Below, piece after piece: positions 31,523-40,766 of a DNA stretch of 64,000 nucleotides. Position 1 is the first letter of the stretch; each line of letters opens with the position of its first letter. Source of the DNA: Massilia sp. (GTDB lineage Bacteria > Pseudomonadota > Gammaproteobacteria > Burkholderiales > Burkholderiaceae_D); contig JBJMVX010000276.1 in NCBI GenBank assembly GCA_045810445.1, positions 954 to 64,953 on the forward strand, written 5' to 3'. The notes below the pieces were generated by a model. The model was not told the DNA's origin, made no database searches, and saw only the letters and a program-made list of their open reading frames with translations. A program made the translations under genes and the position numbers.

Positions 31523-32923
31523 ATGTTTGAAAAAATCCTTATTGCCAATCGTGGCGAGATCGCGCTGCGTATCCAGCGCGCCTGCCGCGAAATGGGCATC
31601 AAGACCGTTGTCGTGCACTCGGAAGCGGACAAGGACGCCAAGTACGTCAAGCTGGCCGATGAATCGGTCTGCATTGGCCCGGCTTCGTCCTCGCTGAGCT
31701 ACCTGAACATGCCGGCCATTATCAGCGCCGCTGAAGTGACCGATGCTGAAGCGATCCACCCCGGTTACGGCTTCCTGTCCGAGAACGCCGACTTCGCCGA
31801 ACGCGTGGAAAAATCCGGTTTCGTCTTCATTGGTCCGCGCTCCGAATCGATTCGCCTGATGGGCGACAAGGTCTCGGCCAAGCAAGCGATGATCCGTGCT
31901 GGCGTGCCCTGCGTGCCCGGCTCGGAAGGCGCGCTCTCGGACGACCCGAAAGAAATCATCCAGACCGCACGCAAGGTCGGCTATCCCGTCATCATCAAGG
32001 CCGCTGGCGGCGGTGGCGGACGCGGCATGCGCGTGGTGCATACCGAAGCTGCCCTGCTCAACGCAGTGGCCATGACCAAGACCGAAGCCGGTACTGCGTT
32101 TGGCAATCCGGAAGTCTATATGGAGAAGTACCTGGAAAATCCGCGCCACGTGGAAATCCAGATCCTCGCCGATGAACACAAGAACGCCGTCTGGCTGGGC
32201 GAGCGCGACTGCTCGATGCAGCGCCGCCACCAGAAAGTGATCGAAGAAGCACCAGCGCCTGGCATTCCACGCAAGCTGATTGAAAAAATCGGCGACCGCT
32301 GCGCTGAAGCTTGCCGCAAGATCGGCTACCGCGGCGCCGGCACCTTCGAATTCCTGTATGAAAATGGCGAGTTCTATTTCATTGAAATGAACACCCGCGT
32401 GCAGGTCGAGCATCCGGTCACGGAAATGATCACCGGGATCGATATCGTCCAGGAACAGATCCGCATTGCCGCCGGCGAAAAACTGCGTTTCCGCCAGCGC
32501 GACATCATGCTCTCCGGGCACGCTGTCGAATGCCGTATCAACGCTGAAGACCCGTTCAAGTTCACGCCTTCGCCGGGACGCATCGTCTCCTGGCACGCGC
32601 CGGGTGGCCCAGGCATTCGCGTCGACTCGCACGCCTATGCCGGCTACTACGTGCCGCCCCACTACGACTCGATGATCGGCAAGGTCATTGCCTACGGCGC
32701 CACGCGTGAGCAGGCGATCCGCCGCATGCAGATCGCCCTGTCCGAAATGGTGGTCGAAGGCATCCTCACCAACATCCCGCTGCACCGCGAACTGATGATT
32801 GATGCCCGCTTCATTGAAGGCGGCACCAATATTCACTACCTGGAGCAGAAACTGGCTGCCAAACCGGACCTGCCCAAGGCCGGCGCCCTGGCCAGCAAGG
32901 CCGACACCAAGGCTGGCGCATGA
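31523..32923 (+). CDS. accC: Acetyl-CoA carboxylase biotin carboxylase subunit
   Basis: [38 protein letters not shown]. Confidence 0.97.
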   Translation: MFEKILIANRGEIALRIQRACREMGIKTVVVHSEADKDAKYVKLADESVCIGPASSSLSYLNMPAIISAAEVTDAEAIHPGYGFLSENADFAERVEKSGFVFIGPRSESIRLMGDKVSAKQAMIRAGVPCVPGSEGALSDDPKEIIQTARKVGYPVIIKAAGGGGGRGMRVVHTEAALLNAVAMTKTEAGTAFGNPEVYMEKYLENPRHVEIQILADEHKNAVWLGERDCSMQRRHQKVIEEAPAPGIPRKLIEKIGDRCAEACRKIGYRGAGTFEFLYENGEFYFIEMNTRVQVEHPVTEMITGIDIVQEQIRIAAGEKLRFRQRDIMLSGHAVECRINAEDPFKFTPSPGRIVSWHAPGGPGIRVDSHAYAGYYVPPHYDSMIGKVIAYGATREQAIRRMQIALSEMVVEGILTNIPLHRELMIDARFIEGGTNIHYLEQKLAAKPDLPKAGALASKADTKAGA

Positions 32924-33867
32924 GCTGGACTGAAGTCGTCATTGAAATCGCCCGCGAACATGCCGAGGCCCTGTCCGACGCCTTGATGGAAGCGGGCGCC
33001 CTGTCGGTGTCGGTGGAAGACGCCGATGAAGGCACGGCCCAGGAAAATCCGCTGTTCGGCGAACCTGGCATGACGCCAACGGAAACCGCCTGGGACCGCA
33101 GCCGCGTGGTGGCCTTGACCGACGTGGACGCCGACCAGGTGGCCATCGTTGCCGAAGCGGGCGCTGCCATCGGCCTGGAAACGGCACCGGCCTTTAGCGT
33201 GCGCCATGTGGCCGATGAAGACTGGGTGCGTCTGACCCAGTCGCAATTTGCGCCGATTCATATCGGCACCAATATCTGGGTCGTCCCAAGCTGGCACGAA
33301 GCGCCGGATCCGGACGCGCTGATCCTGGAACTCGATCCGGGCCTGGCTTTCGGTACTGGCAGCCACCCGACTACCCGCCTGTGCATGGAATGGCTGGAAG
33401 CGCATCCGGCGCCTGGCAAGTCGGTGCTCGACTATGGTTGCGGCTCCGGCATTCTGGCCATGGTGGCCAAGAAGGTGGGCGCAGGCGACGTGGCCGGTGT
33501 CGACATCGATCCGCAAGCGATTGAATCGGCGCGTGCCAATGCAGAGCGCAACCATTGCGAGATTGATTTTTATTTGCCGGACAGCTTAGCCGCGTCAAGC
33601 AAGGCGCAGCATGCCACTGGCCGCTTCGACATTGTCGTGGCCAATATTCTGTCGAGCCCCTTGAAAGTCATGGCGCCCATGCTTGCTGGCCGCGTGGCAC
33701 CGGGCGGATCCCTGATCCTGTCGGGCGTGCTGGCACGCCAGGCCGAAGAAGTGGCAGCTGCCTACGCGCCTTTCATCCAGATGGGTGTATGGGCCGAGCA
33801 AGACGGCTGGGTCGCACTGCACGGCAAGCTCGGCAGCGACACCATACCGCCCGCGCGCGGTCAATAA
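32920..33867 (+). CDS. prmA: 50S ribosomal protein L11 methyltransferase
   Basis: [31 protein letters not shown]. Confidence 0.95.
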   Translation: MSWTEVVIEIAREHAEALSDALMEAGALSVSVEDADEGTAQENPLFGEPGMTPTETAWDRSRVVALTDVDADQVAIVAEAGAAIGLETAPAFSVRHVADEDWVRLTQSQFAPIHIGTNIWVVPSWHEAPDPDALILELDPGLAFGTGSHPTTRLCMEWLEAHPAPGKSVLDYGCGSGILAMVAKKVGAGDVAGVDIDPQAIESARANAERNHCEIDFYLPDSLAASSKAQHATGRFDIVVANILSSPLKVMAPMLAGRVAPGGSLILSGVLARQAEEVAAAYAPFIQMGVWAEQDGWVALHGKLGSDTIPPARGQ

Positions 33868-33871
33868 AGGC

Positions 33872-35449
<1,578 letters not shown>

Positions 35450-35457
35450 GGCATTCC

Positions 35458-36396
35458 ATGACCAAGACCACCCTGATCTGCGGCTCGCTCGCGTTCGACA
35501 AGATCATGCAGTACAACGGCCGCTTCGGCGAAACCCTGCTGGCCGACCAACTGCACAAGGTCAATGTCTCCTTCCTGGTCCCTACCCTGCGCACGGAGTT
35601 TGGCGGCTGCTCGGCCAATATCGCCTACAACCTGAACATGCTGGGCGGCGATCCCCTGATCATGGCGACCATTGGCCAGGATGGCGGCGAATACCTGGAG
35701 CGCTTTGCGGCCCAGGGCATTTCCACCCGCGCGATCCGCAAGATTGCCCACGCCTACACGGCGCAATGTTTCGTGACGGCTGACCTGGACAACAACCAGA
35801 TCAACGCCTTCCACCCGGGCGCCATGCAGTTCGCCCACGAAAACAATGTGGCTGATGTCGGCCCCTTGCGCCTTGCCATCATCGCGCCGGACGGCCGTGA
35901 CGGCATGCTCAAGCATGCGCGCGACTGCGCTGAGCTCAAGGTGCCGTTCATGTTCGACCCGGGCCAGCAATTGCCCATGTTTAGCGGCGCTGAACTGATT
36001 GAATTCATCAATCAGGCGACCTATGTGGCTGCCAACGACTATGAATTCGAGATGTTGATGGACCGTACCGGCCTGTCGCTGACCGATATCGCCGGCCGCC
36101 TGGAAGCGCTGATCGTCACGCGCGGCGACAAGGGTTCGGAAATCTATGCCAAGGGCGAGCGTCACGAGATTCCCTGTGTGCCAGCAAGCGCCGTGGTGGA
36201 CCCAACCGGCTGCGGCGACGCTTTCCGCGCCGGCCTGCTGTTTGGGATCGTCAATGGCTACGACTGGCCGACCACGGGCCGCCTGGCCAGCCTGATGGGG
36301 GCACTGAAGATTGCCCACCAGGGCGGGCAGAACCACGTGGCGACGGCAGAACAGATTGCCGAGCGCTTCGAAGCGGCCTTCGGCTACCGCTACTAA
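35458..36396 (+). CDS. PfkB/ribokinase-family carbohydrate or nucleoside kinase
   Basis: GSLAFD, FGGCSANIAY, DPGQQ, DPTGCGDAFRAG. Confidence 0.9.
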   Translation: MTKTTLICGSLAFDKIMQYNGRFGETLLADQLHKVNVSFLVPTLRTEFGGCSANIAYNLNMLGGDPLIMATIGQDGGEYLERFAAQGISTRAIRKIAHAYTAQCFVTADLDNNQINAFHPGAMQFAHENNVADVGPLRLAIIAPDGRDGMLKHARDCAELKVPFMFDPGQQLPMFSGAELIEFINQATYVAANDYEFEMLMDRTGLSLTDIAGRLEALIVTRGDKGSEIYAKGERHEIPCVPASAVVDPTGCGDAFRAGLLFGIVNGYDWPTTGRLASLMGALKIAHQGGQNHVATAEQIAERFEAAFGYRY

Positions 36397-36710
36397 GCCG
36401 GTCCCTCTCCGGGACCGAGCAGCAAACGCTGCACCTCGTCCGGCGTCAGGCTGGACGAGACTATCTCCACGGTTTTCTTGCGGCTGGTCTCACCACGTGT
36501 GATGGACACGGCGCTGCGTGCCACGCCCAAGGTCTTCGCCAGATACTTGATCAAGGCTTCATTGGCTTTGCCATCGATGGGTTGCGCCTGCAATTTGAGC
36601 TTGAGCGCATTGTCGAATATGCCGACGACCTCTGTCTTTTTAGCGTTCGGCGTGATCTGCAGGGCCAGCACGACGCCGCCCGCCATCGCGCGGCACCATG
36701 GCATGGTCAA
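36393..36710 (-). CDS. yggU: DUF167 (YggU) family protein
   Basis: TPNAKK, PIDGKANEALIKYLA, GETSRKK; follows yggT. Confidence 0.88.
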   Translation of the reverse strand: MTMPWCRAMAGGVVLALQITPNAKKTEVVGIFDNALKLKLQAQPIDGKANEALIKYLAKTLGVARSAVSITRGETSRKKTVEIVSSSLTPDEVQRLLLGPGEGPA

Positions 36711-37243
36711 ACGCTGGAAATGCCGAAAGCAACTTCCACCAGGCGAAGCGCGATATACAGCAGCAGCATGATTACCATGGGCGAAAAATCCATGCCGCCC
36801 AGCGGCGGGATGAGGCGACGAACTGGTCGGCTCAGGGGATCATTAAGCGCTCGCACAAACGGCGCCATTGGCGCGTTCGGATTGATCCAGCTAAAGACGA
36901 CTTCAAGAACCAGGAGCCCCCAGAATCCATACAGGGGCCAGGTCAGGAAGCGAAAAAGCGTCAGCAGGGCAACCCCCTCAAGGCTCAGGCCTCGCAGCAG
37001 AAAGATGCTGCTCGCCAGGGCGATCACCAGTAGGGCGCCGATCAGACTGGCCCAATCGTAGCCGCCAACACCGGGAATGACGCGCCGCATGGGGCGTACC
37101 AGCCAATCGGAGAGGGTAAAGATGAAATGGCCTTCGCGCGCTGGGGCGCGAACCCGGACGGCCTGCATCCAGAAACGCAGCAACAGTACGCCGCCCAGCA
37201 TGTAGGCGACGCTATTGACGATAAATTCAAGAATACCGAACAC
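36707..37243 (-). CDS. yggT: YggT family membrane protein
   Basis: Two YGGT repeats (LVRPMRRVIP; PVRRLIPPLGGMDFSP); GTG start with AGGAG RBS. Confidence 0.88.
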   Translation of the reverse strand: MFGILEFIVNSVAYMLGGVLLLRFWMQAVRVRAPAREGHFIFTLSDWLVRPMRRVIPGVGGYDWASLIGALLVIALASSIFLLRGLSLEGVALLTLFRFLTWPLYGFWGLLVLEVVFSWINPNAPMAPFVRALNDPLSRPVRRLIPPLGGMDFSPMVIMLLLYIALRLVEVAFGISSV

Positions 37244-37253
37244 GAAGGCTCCT

Positions 37254-37292
37254 AAAAAAAAACCGCTGTGTGAAAGTCACACAGCGGTATTT
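37254..37292 (-). terminator. Intrinsic terminator of the H1-like gene
   Basis: Perfect 12-bp stem ACCGCTGTGTGA-AAG-TCACACAGCGGT (37262-37288), followed on the minus strand by a U-run. Confidence 0.88.
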
Positions 37293-37320
37293 TGCCTGAT
37301 CCAGGCACAGCCTGCCGAAA

Positions 37321-38163
37321 TTACGGACGGCTGCTGGTCGGGAAAGGCCATGCTGCTGCTGGAGCCAACACAGTTTTCGCTGCCGGTGCCGGAGCTGGCG
37401 CTGCCGCTGCTGCTGGTGCAGGAGCTGCTGCTGGCTTCGGTGCTGGTGCTGCCGCTTTAGGCGCTGCCGGCTTTTTAGGCGCGGCGGCTTTCTTTACGGC
37501 TGGCTTGGCTGCTGCAGCTGGTTTCGCTGCTGGCTTGGCGGCCGCCTTAACTGGCTTTTTTGCTGCTGGCTTAGCCGCCACCTTTTTTGCGGCTGGCTTC
37601 GCTGCAGCTTTCGCTGCTGGCTTGGCTGCTGCTTTAGATGCTGCTGGTTTCTTGGCTGCTGGCTTGGCGGCTTTTTTAGCTGCTGGCTTGGCTGCAGCTT
37701 TTTTGGCTGCTGGCTTGGCTGCGGCTTTTTTGGCTGCTGGCTTGGCGGCTTTTTTAGCTGCTGGCTTCGCTGCAGCTTTCTTCGCTGCTGGCTTGGCTAC
37801 GGCTTTTTTAGCGACGGCTTTCTTCGCTGCTGGCTTCGCTGCAGCTTTTTTGGCTGCTGGCTTGGCTGCTGCTTTTTTCGCTGCTGGCTTGGCTACCGCT
37901 TTTTTAGCGACAGCTTTTTTCGCTGCTGGCTTGGCTGCAGCTTTTTTCACTGCTGGCTTGGCTGCGGCTTTTTTCGCTGCTGGCTTGGCTGCAGCTTTTT
38001 TCACTGCTGGCTTGGCAGCTGCTTTTTTAGCGGCTGGCTTTGCAGCTGGCTTGGCGGCAGCTTTTGCTGCTGGTTTGGCAGCGGCTTTTTTCGCTGCTGG
38101 TTTAGCGGCAGCGGCTTTCGCGGCTGGCTTCTTTACTGCTGGTTTCTTAGCGGCTGTTGCCAT
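37321..38163 (-). CDS. Histone H1-like Lys/Ala/Pro-rich DNA-binding protein
   Basis: 280 aa built almost entirely of KPAAKKAAA-type repeats; C-terminal AAWPFPTSSRP; AAGGAG RBS; own terminator. Confidence 0.9.
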   Translation of the reverse strand: MATAAKKPAVKKPAAKAAAAKPAAKKAAAKPAAKAAAKPAAKPAAKKAAAKPAVKKAAAKPAAKKAAAKPAVKKAAAKPAAKKAVAKKAVAKPAAKKAAAKPAAKKAAAKPAAKKAVAKKAVAKPAAKKAAAKPAAKKAAKPAAKKAAAKPAAKKAAAKPAAKKAAKPAAKKPAASKAAAKPAAKAAAKPAAKKVAAKPAAKKPVKAAAKPAAKPAAAAKPAVKKAAAPKKPAAPKAAAPAPKPAAAPAPAAAAAPAPAPAAKTVLAPAAAWPFPTSSRP

Positions 38164-38413
38164 TTTGTTTCTCCTTCATCTGCGATGGGAAAGATTCACG
38201 CTACAAGATTAAAACCCGTCCGACCCGTAACGAAGTCAGGCGAATTATTCATCGGCACAAACGTGTTCCCTGTTTATGCTAATGAATTCGGCACCAGCTG
38301 AACTGCTGCAACTCCTCACGATTGCAGCACTTCAGCCATAGTCGCTTCTGAAATCAGAAACGACAAAATCGGTGTTCCAGTAAGCTGTTCGCAGAAAGCC
38401 TGGTCCCAGGCCG

Positions 38414-38468
38414 AAAAGAAAAAGCCGCCATGCCTGAACAGAATCAGGCAGTGCGGCTTGTTTTTTTC
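38414..38468. terminator. Bidirectional terminator-like hairpin upstream of the H1-like gene
   Basis: AAGCCGC-CA-TGCCTGA...TCAGGCA-GT-GCGGCTT (38422-38459), with an A-run on the left and a T-run on the right. Confidence 0.65.
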
Positions 38469-38469
38469 G

Positions 38470-39569
38470 TCGAGGTTAAGTGCATATCTGTTTGAATCAG
38501 CTTCCCATTTTGTTCTGTTTTTCTGTCGCGTTTTGCGGTCCAACTTTTCGCATTCACGTTTCGACAAATTCAATCACGTAAAGTACACGAAAACCTTGTC
38601 AGTGCGCAACTGGCACGCGACGATTCATTTACTTTTTTTTGCATCAGCGCGCGCCAACGCACCTTCATCGATTTCAAAATGCCGATTTTCGCGCGTCGCG
38701 CGTTCATCAAATCGCGTCCCCAACGCGCGGCATGCGCGCACTTTTCTGGCGTCGCGCGTGGCGCTTGGCGCGCTTGCGCAATCGTCTTCGCAAACGCACG
38801 TGATCGTGGAAATCGGACGCGCGCCACGCGCAAAAAATCGGCGTCACGCGTGCTTGCCGAGATGTGCCGCGAGCTCGCCCGCGCGCGCATCGGGGATACT
38901 GATGACGAGCACGCGAATTTCATTCCCTGCATGCGCAGTCAAACTCAGGTCATGTCCTGCGCAGCGCCTCGCGCGAGCGGGTTCCAAAGTTAGCGCGCGA
39001 CGCACACACATGCGCAATGCATTGATTCATCAAGAGAAATTTCTCGCACATGTTTTTTGCACGCGTACATTTGCGTCGATCACGGCGCCGCGATACGTGC
39101 TCATGAAGCGCGCCTTGCGTCTTCAAACTGGTCGCTGCATGCACTCGATGGGTGGCGCCAATGCCGCAGTTTGACGAATAAGGAGAGCGCAAATGAGCGC
39201 GATAAGGCGCCGTGTAGCGCGTCGCTTTCGACTTTTTGGAGCGACTTGGCGACGCGGTCAAAGCGCAAAATCAGCGCTGTCGACAGCATCAGAAACGCAG
39301 ATCCAAAGTCTGAAAAGAGCGCGTCGCGCGGACCAATCGGCGCTCGCTCGGAGTGTCTGGCGATGTCGTTTGCGTTCACATGGCGCGCACAAAAACGCGT
39401 GCGCGCGCGCCGCGAATTATTTGTTGGACTGATGCGCGTGCATCACAAAAAAAGCGTTGGGATTTTTCCACAATTGCGCGCATGACGCGTGCAGCGCGCA
39501 CAAAAAGAAAATGCCGCCGGCGCTTTTCAACGCAGGCGGCATCGATACAAGCGCGTGCGCGCTCGCGAT
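38470..39569. other. Non-coding island with anomalous composition (CGCG/alternating purine-pyrimidine runs, palindromes, A/T tracts)
   Basis: No credible protein in any frame; about 35 CGCG runs by hand count; no GGCC or CCGG in 38461-39510. Confidence 0.8.
39501..39542 (-). terminator. Intrinsic terminator of nrdAB
   Basis: ATGCCGCC...GGCGGCAT stem (39511-39542), followed on the minus strand by a U-rich run; 28 nt after the nrdB stop. Confidence 0.75.
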
Positions 39570-40682
39570 TTATTCCCAGTTCAGCGCGCCGCCGGTCTGG
39601 TATTCAGTGACGCGGGTCTCGAAGAAGTTGCGCTCTTTTTTCAGGTCGATCATCTCGCTCATCCACGGGAAGGGATTCTCTTCCTGGGCAAACAGGGTCT
39701 CCAGACCGATCTGCTGGGCGCGACGATTGGCGATGAAACGCAGATAACCCTTGAACATGGTGGCGTTCAGACCGAGCACGCCGCGCGGCATGGTGTCTTC
39801 GGCGTAGGCGTATTCCAGGTCGACCGCTTTCAGGAACAGGCCCTTGATCTCTTCGCGGAAGGCCGGCGTCCACAGCAGTGGGTTTTCCATCTTGATCGTA
39901 TTGATCAGGTCGATCCCGAAATTGCAGTGCATCGATTCGTCGCGCAGGATGTATTGATACTGCTCGGCAGCGCCCATCATCTTGTTCTGGCGACCCAGCG
40001 CCAGGATCTGGGTGAAGCCCACGTAAAAGAACAGGCTTTCCATCAGGCAGGCGAACACGATCAGCGACTTGAGCAGCTTCTGGTCGTTTTCCACGGTGCC
40101 GGTGGTGAAGGCCGGATCGGTCAGCGTATTGATGAAGGGAATCAGGAACTCATCCTTGTCACGGATGGACTTGACTTCGTTGTAGGCATTGAAGATCTCT
40201 GCCTCGTCCAGGCCCAGCGACTCGACAATGTACTGGTAGGCGTGGGTGTGGATCGCCTCTTCAAAGGCTTGGCGCAGCAGATACTGGCGGCACTCGGGCG
40301 CCGTGATGTGGCGGTAGGTGCCCAGCACGATGTTGTTGGCGGCCAGCGAGTCGGCCGTGACGAAAAAGCCCAGGTTGCGCTTGACCAGGCGACGCTCGTC
40401 GTCGGTCAGGCCGTTCGGGTTCTTCCACAGCTCGATATCGCGCTGCATGTTCACTTCCTGGGGCATCCAGTGGTTGGCGCAACCGGCCAGGTATTTGTCC
40501 CACGCCCATTTGTACTTGAACGGGACCAGCTGGTTGACGTCGGTCTTGCCGTTGATGATGCGCTTGTCGTCAGCGTGCACGCGTTTGGCGACAGCAGCGG
40601 CTGGCGCGGCGTCGGCGCCCTCGTTCAGCGACATCGGTGGAGGCGCGGCAGGCGCGCTGGCTTCTTCATCCCAGGACAGCAT
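39570..40682 (-). CDS. nrdB: Class Ia ribonucleotide reductase beta subunit
   Basis: [23 protein letters not shown] (radical Tyr present), [17 protein letters not shown]. Confidence 0.96.
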   Translation of the reverse strand: MLSWDEEASAPAAPPPMSLNEGADAAPAAAVAKRVHADDKRIINGKTDVNQLVPFKYKWAWDKYLAGCANHWMPQEVNMQRDIELWKNPNGLTDDERRLVKRNLGFFVTADSLAANNIVLGTYRHITAPECRQYLLRQAFEEAIHTHAYQYIVESLGLDEAEIFNAYNEVKSIRDKDEFLIPFINTLTDPAFTTGTVENDQKLLKSLIVFACLMESLFFYVGFTQILALGRQNKMMGAAEQYQYILRDESMHCNFGIDLINTIKMENPLLWTPAFREEIKGLFLKAVDLEYAYAEDTMPRGVLGLNATMFKGYLRFIANRRAQQIGLETLFAQEENPFPWMSEMIDLKKERNFFETRVTEYQTGGALNWE

Positions 40683-40766
40683 AGTGGTAGTTCCTTCAGT
40701 TCGTATTCAAATTCGATGATGCGGTGTGGCGCGCGCCTTGCGGCTGCGCGCCACACCCCCGGCGTG

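Noticed and set aside
37292-38212. Hydrophobic Ala/Gly/Phe-rich plus-strand ORF that looks like a membrane protein
   Set aside because: It is the reverse complement of the K/A/P repeats; the RBS and terminator support the minus-strand gene
38458-39174. 238-aa ORF and other overlapping frames in the anomalous island
   Set aside because: Non-ATG start within a T-run, no RBS, Arg/Ala/Ser composition dictated by the CGCG bias, and several frames open on both strands with none standing out
38470-39569. Horizontally acquired island or IS remnant as the explanation for the odd composition
   Set aside because: No terminal inverted repeats, target duplication, tRNA site or transposase fragment seen; the bias is in base order rather than simple AT-richness. 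It cannot be fully excluded without a search
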